Part shown: positions 14,001 to 26,285 of the stretch, in pieces
Numbering within the stretch: the stretch's first letter is position 1
Layout of the letters: every line of letters starts with the position of its first letter
Notes under the pieces: generated by a model
Database searches by the model: none
What the model was told of the DNA's origin: nothing
Seen by the model: only the letters and a program-made list of their open reading frames with translations
Program-made: the position numbers and the translations under genes
Assembly: GCA_905178155.1 (NCBI GenBank)
Contig: CAJINV010000002.1
Location: 13,093,295-13,157,294, forward strand
DNA from: Amoebophrya sp. A120
Taxonomy: Eukaryota; Protista; Dinoflagellata
Direction: 5' to 3'
DNA length: 64,000 bases

Positions 14001-16096
14001 AGCCTGATGCAGTGACTGTGACGGGGACTGACTTGCATGAGGCTCAGCATCAAGAGCACCACGGTGGGAGTGACGATGACAGGGGGCACACTGACTTGCT
14101 TACGAATTCTAATGTGGGGCCGTCTGGTCTTGCCGCCTCAAGCGCACCGCTGGCAGTGGCTACAGCAAGTGTAACTCGAGCCCAGCGTGTGGCAGTGACG
14201 GGGCCTGACTTACACGAGGCCCAGCATCAAGAGCACCATGGTGGGAGGGACAATCATGACAGCGGGCACACTAACTGGCTTACGAGTTCTAATATGGGGC
14301 CGTCTGGTCTTGCCGTCTCAGGCGCACCTTTGGCAGTGGCTACAGCAAGTGCAAACCCAGCCTCTGCAGTGGCGGCCATTGACTTGCACGAGGCCCAGGT
14401 CCAACAGACACAGACGCAAAATACTCAGCAGCAGCCCCAGCAACAAGCCAATGTGGAGCAGCGGGCACAGCAACAAGCCATTTCGCAGCAGGCCCAGCGT
14501 CAGCCGCAGGGACCGCAGCAGGCTTCGTTGTTGGTGGCTCAGCGACAGCAGTTGGCACAGCAACAAGGCACCTTGGAGCAGCCCGCCGAGGAGGGGCGCG
14601 GGACGGAGCGACAGCTACAGCACCACACACAGCACGACGCTACGTCGCACGCGAGTCCACGCCAGCAGCTGGCACAGCCGCAACTCACGTTGGAGCAGCC
14701 CGCCGCTCACGAGACAGAGCGACGGATCCAGCTCCAGACACCGCATAACCAGCAGACCGCGGAGGCGGATGGGGCCCAGATGCTGGAGCAAGAAACTCAG
14801 CACCTAGGGAGAACGCGTAGCCAGCCAACCGCAGAAGAGCAGGCGGAGCGACAGCTCCCGCAGCAGGCCTCAACGCACGACCAGGTCCGAACTCAGAACA
14901 CCGAGACCGACGACCCAACGAAGCAAAGCCTCCAGCTACATGTCCCGCCGTTGTATGACGAACAGCAACAGCTGCAAAATCAACAGACACGACAGCAACG
15001 CCAGACATTGCAGCTTCAGGAACAACCTTCGCCCGATGGTCGCGCAACAAACAAAGATGTGTCAGGCCCTTCAGCATTCACCACGTCGGCGTGGTCGTTC
15101 GATGCCGCGCCAATTGCAGGAGAGGCCTCCCGCCAGGCAAGCGGCCCCTATCGCGCCTTCGCAAGTCAGCTAGCCCCGTGTGTGGCAGCCATTATTTCGG
15201 ATACTGCCGGCTCTACTGCTCGTAGTGGCACGAGTAACCAGAGAACACAGGAATCCGTCGGGGTGCCCCACTTGAGCGAAGATGCTTTAAGTGCAGTGGT
15301 TCGAACAGCGTTGACCGGCACGACTACTATCGTGCCAGACCAGCTTGAATCGCCGGCGACACAATACACCACGCTTTCGGAGCTCGCTCATCAAGCCGAG
15401 GTGCAGAAGAGCATAGCGCAGTTTGAGCTCAAGAGGAAAGAAGCAGAAGATCGCTGGAATGAACGTTTCGAGCTCGAAGAAGCAAGACATGCGCGCGTTG
15501 ACGCGGAGCTCGAGGAAGAAAGGAGCGACAACATAAAAGCACGAGACCAGCGGCGACAGGAGCTCGCCGCCGAAAAGTCCCGCTATGAAGATGTAGAGCG
15601 ATCGCTGGAAGCGGAAAGGGATAGCGTGAGGCGTCGGCGCCTCCGCGAGAGGGAGGAGATATGCACAAAAATTGCGGAGGCGACTGCGCAAAAACGTGAT
15701 CGTTTCCTTTCTTGTAGCAGCCTCAGGGAAGAAAACCGAAGTATCAGGAAAAGAACCCGCAAGAGACGAAGCGAACTTGCAGAATTAAAGCAGGAGACTC
15801 AGGATCTGGACCGCGAAATTGGCGAGTTAGAGAGGCAGGGACAGGAACTGGACCAAGAGAGCGCGCATTTGGAACGAGAAATCTTCGTTGCTGAGTTGGC
15901 AGCCGAAGAAGAGGAACGCCTTGCACGCGAGGCCACGTCAGCGCGCGAGCAGCGGGAGCAGCGAAAACGTGAACAGGAGGAAGCACAAAGAGACCGCGAA
16001 GCAGCGGAGGCCCAACAGCGCGAAGAAGCAGAGCCAGCGGCAGCTCGGCAGCGGGCCGCCGATTCCGTTCCGGAGAGAGAAACTCCCCTGAGATGA
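8093..16096 (+). CDS. Multi-exon Mps1/TTK-like Ser/Thr kinase, probably fused to a TM helix, tandem repeats and a coiled coil (~1,900 aa); start uncertain
   Basis: Kinase motifs are spread across exons: LLGRG/GSGQVY, YALK, LQAEVALL, YFLMELADCD, IIHFDLKPANFLL, KLADFGLA, CGTFLYMAPE, DIWSLGIILY. Exons ~8093-8630, 9041-~9324, ~9603-9989, 10167-~10313, ~10736-11775, 12548-~12559, ~12852-16096. The kinase call is strong; the fusion to the last exon is inferred. Confidence 0.75.
8266..8490 (+). repeat. Four ~60-63 bp coding repeats (GYTKGRTTDESCP..) N-terminal to the kinase domain
   Basis: GGCTACAcCAAGGGTCGcACGACgGAcGAATCcTGC recurs four times. Confidence 0.9.
8631..9040 (+). other. Canonical GT-AG intron splitting the kinase Gly-rich loop
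   Basis: GGT G|GTACGG..AATTCAG|GT TCT GGA CAA GTT TAT restores GRGGSGQVY. Confidence 0.9.
9325..9603 (+). mobile_element. IR-bounded non-canonical intron in the kinase
   Basis: GAGCCCCCTAAT (9325-9336) / ATTAGCGGGCTC (9592-9603), 11 of 12 complementary. Exact register uncertain by a few nt. Confidence 0.7.
9990..10166 (+). other. Canonical GT-AG intron in the kinase activation loop
   Basis: CAG|GTACGG..TCTCAG|TGT GGC ACC gives HISRHGQ/CGTFLYMAPE. Confidence 0.92.
11776..12547 (+). other. Probable GT-AG intron with a terminal IR, followed by a ~12-nt micro-exon and a second IR-bounded intron (~12560-12851)
   Basis: AG|GTGTACGCAGGA..TCCCTGCGCAG|G CCT AGA AGC TA, then CCTCCT(12560)..AGGAGG(12851). 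The join reads PDRPRSYGLADVCE, in frame with ORF 12857. Confidence 0.5.
13166..14400 (+). repeat. Coding tandem array of 177-189 bp units (six plus one partial): HHGGSDDDRGHTDLLTNSNVGPSGLAVSSAPPAVATASVVTPAQPDAVTVTGTDLHEAQHQE
   Basis: The unit anchor CACCAyGGT occurs at 13316, 13496, 13685, 13871, 14057 and 14234 (periods 180, 189, 186, 186, 177; all multiples of 3). Confidence 0.95.
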
Positions 16097-16768
16097 ATCA
16101 ATTATCTTGAAGTAATATTCCCGCTGTCGCGAACGTACAAAGAAGGCAAGGCAAACAAATATGAGCTCCAATTGCTTCTACTTACCCTCTCGCCGCTAGC
16201 GATGTGGCGCGCAGGCCCCCAAGGTAGTTTTCACGTAGTAGAGCAAATAAGTCAGCAAAGGGCTCGTCTTGTCCCTGCTCTTTTCGAGATTTACAATCTA
16301 CCGTAGCCACTCGCATCACAGAGGGTAATGTTGTGAGGAGACGCAGGAGCAGTGTCCAAACTAGTAGCTGCAAGGCGCAGCCTTGGCGCCCTGTGCCGGG
16401 GATCACAATCGTTGCATCAGATAGCATTTTGTGACAGGGAGCAGAAAATAGATAACGTGCTTCCACCTCCCGAAAAGGACGTGTTGCTATGCTCGTTCTT
16501 TGCGAGTCTTAAAGATCCGTGAAAATAACATTGTCTGTTTTTTCCGGCTACGATGGCACTTAGCTTGGAAAGTGAGTAGGATCCACCTAGCTCTCGTGCT
16601 TTGATAGTAGCACTTGCAGCAAGAGGTGCTCGCTATCATTGATGCTGATTGCCTCAGACTAACATCGAACAGATTTCGGATGTCATAGATGCGACCTTAG
16701 CAAATCGCAATCTTTTTTTCAAACGCAGGACGGTGGCTTAGATCGGAGTACATACAGACTTACAGTAT
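16075..16768. repeat. Copy 1 of a diverged segmental duplication (kinase 3' flank); copy 2 at ~25083-25678
   Basis: Shared blocks include AAGTCAGCAAAGGGCTCGTCTT, GACGCAGGAGCAG, CTCCCGAAAA, CATAGATGCGACCTTA, CAAATCGCAATCTTTTTTTCAAA and CGGAGTACATACA. Confidence 0.92.
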
Positions 16769-18283
16769 TTTTTCCTGTTCCAGCAATCGACTTTTTCTTC
16801 TCCCAGCGAGGTCATTCTTCTACACAAAAATTTTATGGGACCTCCCACGTGTGCCGGATATTGATATATATGGACCATGTGGAACTCATTCCACGCCAGC
16901 ATCCAGGACGCGGCCAATATCGTGGCTGCTAGTAAACTAGAATGCGTCGCCTGTCCCCCAACTTCCGGCCCGCAGGGCCGGGAGATTGATTCCTCCCTGA
17001 CTTCGCAGTGAATTGAGCGTCAGGGGAGAGGAGTGTGCCGGCCAACCAGGATCTCGTCTCCATGACCCACTACAACTCGATAAGTAAGTATGTGTGGATT
17101 TCTAGTATTTCGCCGAGATCTAGAGGAAACTAACGGAAAAAAGCTGTCGATGTTTGCACAGAAAGGTAGTATGTAGGTACAGAAGCACCCTCGAAAATAC
17201 AAGTAAAGTGTGAATTATGATCCCAATCGCCAGGCGGAACAAGACGCCTGCAATGAAATTATCGTGGTCTTCAGAATTCGACCCCGCGATCTCATTCGGA
17301 TGGATTTTCTCTACACGATCGCCAACGAGGTTGAGTGGCAGCATCCCTCATCTTGTGGTCCAACATATTTTATACAAATAATCGCCAGTTGTTGTGTCCC
17401 GACACAAGAAAAAAACTCTGTCGATGAAGCACATTTCAGGTGGCGCTTGTCAGCCGAACCCGGGTCCTCTCGTCGTAGAATCATACATGATTCCTCTATT
17501 TTCAGTTGCAAAATACTCTGAAAGCTCTCCATCTCGCAATTTTCTCTGGTCCGTGGTGTGGAAGAAGTTGTATTTTGTAGGGTGTTAGATAGAATCATTT
17601 TTAAATCTCTTCTTTTGTAGAGTGTGAGTGTTGGACGCATTCACATAGACATAATTGAATTGGTCACAACGCAGCACCCTTTCGGTAGAATTTTCTCATC
17701 CAGCCACGAGAAGCAAATAGTTGGAAAATGAGTCGTGCCCGTCTATTGCTGCCGATTTTGATTGGAAGCTTTGTGGAGTCGCTTCGATGCATCGAGGCTG
17801 CTGCCTCCTCCCACGAGCGACCTGCGGCACACAGCAGAGATAAGCAGCTTCCCGACACAATGTCGCCGCAAAGCAGTGACTGCGAATCTATCTTGTGTAA
17901 CAACCTCCCCACGCCCATCTCATAGCGAACGCATGACACTACTTATATTATTGCAAGCGGAGCCACAGTCGACTCATGCAGAAGCGCTGCCCCGTTTCAT
18001 CAGGATTCGAAGAATTGTTCTCGAAGTCGTGCATGAAAAACGATTTTAGAGTGGATGGGGAGCAAGTAAGTAGCAAGTTGCCAACATGGCGGCCTCAGGA
18101 AGTCCTGATTAAATCAGGGAAATTTTTTCCTTCGAAGATCGCCAAGGCGAATGCGCATGACGATCTACTTCCGCTACACCTACATGCAAACTAAGCATGA
18201 CACTTCCTGAGCATGACATGGCAGCCAGCCTGTGATGTGTCAGGCCATCTAGGACATGGCTTATAGAGACCGACAGGCAAAGT

Positions 18284-19740
18284 GTGATCCTGCCTGTATA
18301 TTTTTGGCACGGGGGGTGTGCGGCGGGGACGTTTTTGCATTCCAGCAAATCTTCGGCACCTTCTTCGATCACGTCCCAGCGCTCGCGAAAGCGACACGGT
18401 ATACAACAGAGTGGAAATAATCGGAGCGCCGCACGGGCACCCTCATCTTCCGATGAGTCAGAATCTTCAGCCTCATCGAGCGCCTCGTCCTACAAAAGTT
18501 CTGGCGAACGAAATCGCATGCGGATACAGCGAGCCAGACTCCTTCTCGAGAGAGAAAGACTCCTCGAGGAAGACCCCTCGAGAAAGACTCCTCGCGACGC
18601 AGCCCGCGACGAAAAAGACCGTCTTAGAATGTATGATACTGAGTTCTACTCACGTTGGAGTGAAATTTGTCTTGTAATTTGGTATGTGTCTGCTCAGTGC
18701 ACGCCTTCGCGAGAGCAAGAAGATGGAATAAAAACTATATGCATATTAGACTACCCGTAGTAGCAGCGCGCTACGTTCAGTGTAAGTAGAAGTCGGGAGT
18801 AGTATTGCACCTCTGGCTAGATGTATGCGATACCAACCACATCCACGACTCCACAGCTCTTGTGAACAGTTGTAACCTCTAGAAGATCAGTGGGCACGAT
18901 AATTAGTAGGAACCTTGCTCATGCTGGACCCTCAGGACAATTGTACGCTATTTCACTCCCTGGCTAGAAGTCACGTTTCCATACTCGGGATCAGTTTCAG
19001 AAAGACCGGGAGGAGAAAATGCGGCAACAGGAATTGCGGCACAAAAACGCCGATGACGCACTGCTATGCATTGTGATGCACTACGCAACATCTCGGTCTG
19101 CGCAACACAAATGTGACGCATTTGACTATGATCCACCCAGCAGCATATTGATGCCCTACTGCGCACCCAACAGCTTCTGTCCCACTACACACAGGTTAGT
19201 TCTTTTTATGATCTGGTGGCAAAAATTAAATCGTCGCGACCTTCAGGGACGACGTGTGTAAGTATGTAATCCGATCCGTACGCTGTGGAAGAGCGCAGAG
19301 TACCTAGTATGAGCAGACTCAAAGGCACTTCAATGAATGCATGTGATATTAAGTACAAAATATTTGCCTGATTTCGTTGGCCAAGATAGTGGATTTGCAC
19401 TTGATGCACCCGCCAGGAAGCTGAAGAAGTGCGCCTGGACAGGGAAATCGATGAGGTCCGAAAGCTCAAGGAAAAGGAAATCGATGAGGTCCGAAAGCTT
19501 AAGGAAAAGCAAATCCGTCTGGAAATTGAACTCTCGCGCGCGAAGGAAGAGAAGGAAAACGGGCGCGCGGTTGTCGAGAGTAAAGCAGAGGCCAACCGTG
19601 TTGTGGCTGCGAAAGTAAAGGGACAGGGATTCGATTCGACTCACCTGCAACAACAGAACCTTCTTACAAGGGCGACACGGTGGATTACGCGCGCCCGGGG
19701 GCGGCGGCGTCAACAAGATAGTATTTGTGTCGGGTATTAG
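18284..19740 (+). pseudogene. Fragmentary Ser-rich/coiled-coil coding remnants (18284-~18630 and ~19410-19740); gene or pseudogene unclear
   Basis: SSSDESESSASSS and RLLLERERLLEE with ~15-bp repeats that slip frame; EIDEVRKLKEK repeated twice (30-bp unit). No complete gene model could be built. Confidence 0.35.
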
Positions 19741-22088
19741 ACGACTTATCTGTACTGTGTCCCCGGCACGGCCCTTGGAAAATTTTTCGCCTTTGGTCTT
19801 GTCGACGCCTGTGTGATACAAGTGCCCTGTATAGGTGTCGCCTCGTACGTACGCTCTTCGTCACCAGTTGATTAATAACATCAAAGATACATTATTTAAC
19901 ACCCGTGGATAATCTCACGATAGCGATCTAATACCCTTTGTAAGTTTTTGAGCCGACTACAGGAATGTGGCTCACCCGCGATCTACTTCTTCCGCCGTGG
20001 CATTCGCATTTCTTGCGCGCGAATACACACGGCACACAATTATCAGATTGCGCTTGCCTGTGGAAAATGAGAACAATTTTTTTGGTCTGGACGTGGACCG
20101 ATGTCGCATTATCATTATGTCACCGTGGAGAATCATCAAAAAGCAAGCCTCTTAGGCGCGAATTGAGGGCGCAGTTGCATCTACTTCTGAAGCAGTACAA
20201 TCCCCAAAAGATCTTTGCTGAAGCCCCTTTTTGATTCCGGGCGAATTGTAGGACCGCTGCCGCTCTTCATTTTGTCTCCCTGCTTCTGAGAGACTTGCGC
20301 GACGGACCTTGGCGGCATGTAGCACAAGAAGTGGAACGAATACAATGTCCTTCGGTAAATGTCATGGTTATGCTTTGATGCATGAATGCTCTACGTTAGA
20401 GATTTTCATTTGAGTACTTATTTCTAGTACAACTCTAGTCTTTAAGTTTCGCGCGAGACCACACCCGACACGAGGGTGCCATGATCTCAGACTCAGAAAA
20501 AGACCGATATGATCAAAAGGAGCTGAGACGTGAGCGCCGTTCCATCACCACGCGCTTTTGTTCAGACACGTCAAAGAGACCTATCTTAACGACGATCAAT
20601 TTCGATCAGGAGCAAAAGGAGTACGCACGGCATTGATGAATATCATTTGTTATCTATTGACACTACAATGAGACTCCGGGGACGTTGTAGAAGAATAGGA
20701 GTCGTGAAGGGACAATTGAAGCAGGCTGCGAACCAAAAATATACTCAATCACCAAAGTAAAGGGAAGATCGATGCTCACAAAATTGATCTTTATAAGGCC
20801 CGCCATAGCGAAATGCATTTACCTCCCGAAGGGTGCTTTTATGACGTTTGCCTACCGGCAGCACTTAGGTGGAGGCTGTAAAACTAAAAGGCAGAAGCTC
20901 GCCCCTTTATCTAATGATGTACGTTGATGGTCAAGGTCATCATGGTATGTTCACATTTTTATTTTTCTCCAGTGATGTCGACGTCGAGGTCTAGTTTGAC
21001 CTAACACCTACCAGAACAGAAGCAAGTCTGATAATCTCATCCCGAGTCGAGAGACGACTCTTCTACACAAAAACTATACATAACGTCGACTATTTCTCCG
21101 CGAAAGAGCCACGATACAAGTTGAACGGATATTACTTTAAAAATCTCTACGCCACGAAAATCTAAATCAAGAAAAGCAAACGAAAATGCAACTTCCGGCC
21201 GCCCTTTTGCTTTTGGCGCTCAAGATGAGTTTCCTCATCAGAGAGGCCATTGCCGCAACCTCCGCTTCCACGCCTCGCCGTGTAACCGGTTCTCTACTAC
21301 ACCGCCGTAAGCAAATGGAAGCTGCCTTAGATTGGGAGTAGGGATAGGTTGCAAAACCTGCATTATAAATATTTGTGTCGGAAGAAGGCATCCAATGTTT
21401 AGCTTATGTTGGCTCTCCAGACTAGACAAGAAATGGGCGCTAGAGGCAAGACGAGCATATGATGAAGTTTTGCAGTGCTATGAAGCCGCTCGAGGCTCAC
21501 GACTTTGCGTCGTGTACTGCGCATTTATTTCATGCGATGGCGATAAGTAGAAGTCAATCGGCAGCATGAAACTTCTGCAACCTAGCATCCAATGACTCTC
21601 CGGACAGCTTTCACTTCGCAATGCGCCGGCCAATCGCAGTCCTCCTCCAGTATCGTGCGCCCGCATGCCAAAGGTGGCCACAAGTACGGTTGGCAGGCTG
21701 ACCTGGCCGCAGGCAATCGCACCGTGGGAGAGATACTACGTGAATTGACAGATGTAAAGAAGACAGTACTTGCAAATTATCGAAGTCGAAGCGGCCCTCT
21801 TTCGAGACGAGTGCAGAACAAGTGCTATTCATTCATCGTATGTTGACTCATGCATGCAATTCCATCTTTTCCTGAAATATATCATGCTATTGGCTCCGGC
21901 CAGCGCCCGAAAAGAAAGTCTGCCTCCTGTGCGGAACGGAAACCAATTATGATATCTGCTCGAGACATAGAAGACTCCAATTGTACATGAGAAGACGTGG
22001 TGGCGATGCCTCCAGTCTGAAACCCTGTTGCTCTGTTCTGAGCTAGAAACTTGCAGTAGAAAAAGAAGCACTACATCCAACGCGTTGC

Positions 22089-23330
22089 ATGAAGATGGTG
22101 ATGGGAGCTACACATTTGCTGAGGCGGAAGGTTGGTTCGTCACAAAGAGCCCTTCGGTCGAAGATTGAGTATCAAGCATCTCGTCAAGAGGATTAGGAGG
22201 ATTGTTTTCGACGGGATGAGATTCCAGACCGGTCAGAGGAAAAACTGCAACGTCACGCGGAGAAAAAACGCGCCGAATCAGACCGGAAACGGGCAGAGAA
22301 AAAATACCAAGCGGAGCTGGATCGAGCGAGTGCTGAGAGGACAGAAGCCGAGGTGCAGAGACGCACAGCGGAGATGGAACGCATCATGAAGGAGAAAGAA
22401 GATCGCTGGAAAGAGCGTTGCGAGCTCGAAAACGCAAGACCCGCATGGCGCGTTGCAGAGCTCGACGAAAAAGACAGCGACGCCATAAAGACACTGCACC
22501 AGCGGCAGCAGGAGCTCGCTGCTGAACCGGAACGAGATAGCAGGAGGAGTCGGCGCCACCGCGAAAGGGAGGAAGTACAAATGAAACTGCAGGAGGCGAT
22601 CTCGCAAAAAAATGAAATCGCGCGGATTTGTAGCACCCTCGAAGCAGAAATACGAAATGTGCGGCAACAAACCGGCAACCCACGAGGCGAAACTGGTTCA
22701 GCCCTAACCCAAGAGTTTCAGGATCTGGACCGCGAAGATGGCGAGAAAACGAGGCTGGCGCAGCAACTGAAGCAAGAGAGCGCGCATGTGGAACGAGAGA
22801 TGTCCGCTGCTGAGTTGACAGCCGAGGGAGAGGAACGCCCAGCACGCGAGGCCACCTTAGCGCGCGAGCTGCGCGAGCGGCGAAAACGTGAGCAGGAGGA
22901 AACGCAAAGAGATCGTATAGCAGCGGAGGCCCGACAGCGCAACGAATTTCAGACCGTGTTAGCAACGCCGCAGGTGGTCTCAATAGATCCACCGGTCAAG
23001 AGGTCAGTGTGTTGCAGAAGATCCAGCGGCCGCGGAAGGTGCAGCGGCCCGGCGCGGCACTCGGGATGGAGGAAATATTTCCCCAGGAGTCCGTTCTCCT
23101 GCTGCACACGGCGGTCATGCTTCGCGAAGGCCCGACAGCGCGAAGAGGCTACGGCAGCTCGGCAGCAGGCCGCAGAAGATGCAGCAAGCGCGAAGCCATT
23201 GTGTTGCAGAAGATGCAGCAGCCGCAGAAGATGCAGCGGCCCCGCGCGACACTCGGGATGGAGGACCTATTTCCCCAGGAGTCCGTTCTCCGGCAACGCA
23301 TGGTGGCCATGGGCTGCCAAAAAATCTTGA
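22089..23330 (+). pseudogene. Diverged paralog of the kinase-gene coiled-coil exon (15395-16025), with an in-frame TAG and a likely frame-slipped tail
   Basis: EAEVQRRTAEME..KEDRWKERCELE..ELAAE..QDLDRE..QESAHVERE..AREATLARE parallels QAEVQKSIAQFE..AEDRWNERFELE..ELAAE..QDLDRE..QESAHLERE..AREATSARE. TAG at 22194-22196. Confidence 0.65.
23009..23292. repeat. Two copies of a ~92-bp unit at ~192-bp spacing
   Basis: TGTTGCAGAAGAT..CACTCGGGATGGAGGA..TATTTCCCCAGGAGTCCGTTCTCC at ~23009-23100 and ~23201-23292. Confidence 0.88.
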
Positions 23331-24979
23331 ATCTGGTGATGTTTTTTTGCAAAAGCTTGAATCTATGATGCCAACCGTCTGCATCTGACTTACATGTAAA
23401 TACTAAATAAAAATATGTAACATATAATCTTAAAAATCGTGGACAATAGATGTTTTCCTCTAGAAGATGCAGCTATTTTGGTAAATTGCGTGAGTCCAAA
23501 GTTGTACCTCGGGACTTTCGCTTTCACACGTTGTGGAAAATAGCAGAGCCCGCGTTCGAGCTGATTTATATATTTTATGCTGCAAATCCCCCTGCTTCAT
23601 GCACGGAGCAGCCCCGTGTCCTATCTTTTGACGGTGGCAGGTGCTATACTTTCTTGTTCGCTGAGCCATATAATTATTTTTCCCGAGACTGCGCTTCTGC
23701 AAGTTTTTTCCGTGTATGATGCTTCCGCAGTTTTTCTGATTAGATGAGAACTGTACCTTCCGCAGGAGGCCCCACGGCATCGCATATATAAATGTCAAGG
23801 CGGAGTTTTGCTCGACTCGCTTTTAGCATTAGCTTGCTTTTCCATATTGAAATTGATGACCTTGATACTCATAGATACTTCGTATTTCCTGCCTTACGCA
23901 TAGCAGTATTGCCGAGGCGTATTGAAACCCACGACAGATGAAAAAAACCAGCTTTATGTTATTTCGATGCTATGTACCAAATATCGAACGCCTGAAGTCT
24001 CGAAAGTGGAAAATGAAAATAATACAAGCAAAATACATGCTGTAGATTCCATGCGTGGTGTCTTGCAATTTATTTGCAATATCTGCCATGTGACTATATG
24101 ATGAAAATGAATTACGTGGAAAATCAGAATGAATCGCGAGTAGATCCATGAGACGGCTAAGAAAATACAAGCAGAAAGACTTGTTCTGCAAACAACTTTA
24201 TAACCGAATACACCAGGGGACACGCTTCTCCTCTCTTCAGCCAAAATTCGCGGTTCGTTCTTGTTTGTTCTGCCGGCACAATGCCTAAACGCACAGACAC
24301 ACGGCGCCTTCTTGGATTTCCACAGGGTCGATCGACACAGTGGTAAAGTCCGTACGCTCTCGAGCACCCTCCCTGTCTTCGCGTCCCGTTATGAACAGCA
24401 GATTTCGGTCTCTGGCGCGCCCCGCACTTCGGATTGGACCGCATACATGCTGCATTTTGAGGCCATGCGTTAAACCCAGAGTCAAATGCCCACTGAAGCG
24501 TAAGTACCTTTCTGTCAAAGGATACACTCGATCCTCTCTCTTCGAGTTCGAGATGGGTCTGGTAGCACAAGAGAATTAGAAATGTAGCGAAACTTTTGAT
24601 ATTAACAATGAAAAAAAAAACATCTGCCGCCAAAAAACCGACTCGGAAAAGAACAGAAGACTTACACGCTCTTTGTATGTGTTGGCCGAAGGAAACGAGA
24701 AAAGCTCCTTGGCTCTGATCGTTTAGAAGAAGTCTCACCTTATCACAGCCGGAAACGCTCGAGGCGTCGTCGGCTACAAATCACCCTGGGACACGAACAG
24801 AGGCTGCGATCTTATTTCAACTTTTATCAGCACAGCGTGAAGTAGATCTTTTCGTGTCACACGTTGAATTAGATCATAAGTATCTATCATGCATGGTGAT
24901 GACATCATGGTGATACCCTAACTCAGAGGAGAACACTTGAAGCAGATTGATCTATTTATTTTGGCTGTACGGCTAGCAC

Positions 24980-25042
24980 TAGCTACTACCTCCGCGACTA
25001 GATGATCTAGATAGCTACTACCTGCGCGACTGGATGATCTAG
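24980..25042. repeat. 32-bp tandem duplication
   Basis: TAGCTACTACCTcCGCGACTaGATGATCTAG twice, with two substitutions. Confidence 0.9.
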
Positions 25043-25082
25043 TTTTTAGTTTGAGTACCGCGAGGCCGAGTGCGTTTGCGGC

Positions 25083-25678
25083 ACGAGAAAGGAATTCTCC
25101 TGAGACTGATCATGAAGTAATAGTTCCGCTGCTGCCACCGTACAAAGAAGTAGTTTTCGCATAGTACAAAAGACAAGTCAGCAAAGGGCTCGTCTTATCC
25201 CTGCTCTTTTCAAGATCTCTATCGCATCACAGACGGTGATCTTGTGAGCAGACGCAGGAGCAGCGTCCAAACTAGTAACTGCAAAGCGTCGAAGCCTTGG
25301 CACCCTGTGCCAGGCATCGAAGTCGTTGTATTAGAAGGCATTCTGTGACAGGGAGCAGCAGATCGATAAAGGGTCTCCACCTCCCGAAAAAGCCATGTCG
25401 CTAAGCTCGTCCTTTCTGAGTCGTAAAGATCAGTGAAAATATCACTGTCTGTTTTTTCCGGCTGCGATAGCACTGAGCTTAGCTAGTGCGAAGGATCCTA
25501 ATTCTCCTGCTAAGGAGTACCTGCAGCAAGACGTGCTTGCTATTATTGACCCTGATAACTTGAGACTCACATCGAGCAGATTTCGAATGTCTTCATAGAT
25601 GCGACCTTAACAAATCGCAATCTTTTTTTCAAAGGCAGGACGCTGGCTTAGGTCGGAGTACATACATACTTACAGTAT
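25083..25678. repeat. Copy 2 of the duplicated kinase 3' flank
   Basis: Colinear with 16075-16768, with indels. Confidence 0.92.
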
Positions 25679-26285
25679 CTGGGAGCTGTAGAGTTTCCGA
25701 TTTACTTATATATTTGGCGTTTAAGTAGTTGGATTTCTACTCTTGTTGATCGAGGTATTCACCTCCAGGAAGCTTAGGCATCAAAAAGTGCTCCCATTAG
25801 AAGTCGTCACTGTTGCTACTAGTGTAAGCGTTTACACAGTAGCTTTGTGACTTAGACTTCAGAAAACTCGCTTTTTGCTCTTGTATGTGCCAGGACCTCT
25901 CACACTATTTCGTGTATCTCTCTACTTTGCTCGTGAGCTTTGTATCCTTAGAGCTCAACAATTACATCCTGAAGCGCGATTCGCCAATTCCAAATTCGGG
26001 CTCGCACACACATTTGTGACAGAAAAACGCGGCTTGGAAAGTTGTCGTTTGCCCGAAGCCATTCATCTGGTGAAAATTGATTTCCATATCCATGTATTAA
26101 TACCACGCATTTCGTATTTTCAATATCGGGGACCCACACGTCGTCTCTGCTCTACACGCGATATCGAATTGGGGTGAATTTTCGGGTTTTCATCTCTGTT
26201 TGCAGATATCTATCGCGGCTCCAGTTCATTCCACGGTCTATTCCTGCGCGTAATCTTCGGAAGAACGGTGGTGGCAGCAGCGATC

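Noticed and set aside
13166-14400. CRISPR-like array
   Set aside because: Whole ~186-bp units repeat with no unique spacers, all in frame within an ORF, and there are no cas genes.
16300-16309. ACCGTAGCCA resembling the start of the dinoflagellate spliced leader
   Set aside because: Only 10 nt match, the rest of the leader is absent, and it lies in a 3' flank.
19750-22080. Short ORFs in 3.5-5.8, 19.7-22.1 and 23.4-25.0 kb as genes, transposase or RNA genes
   Set aside because: No recognisable domains, transposase motifs, tRNA or rRNA structure; small exons cannot be excluded.
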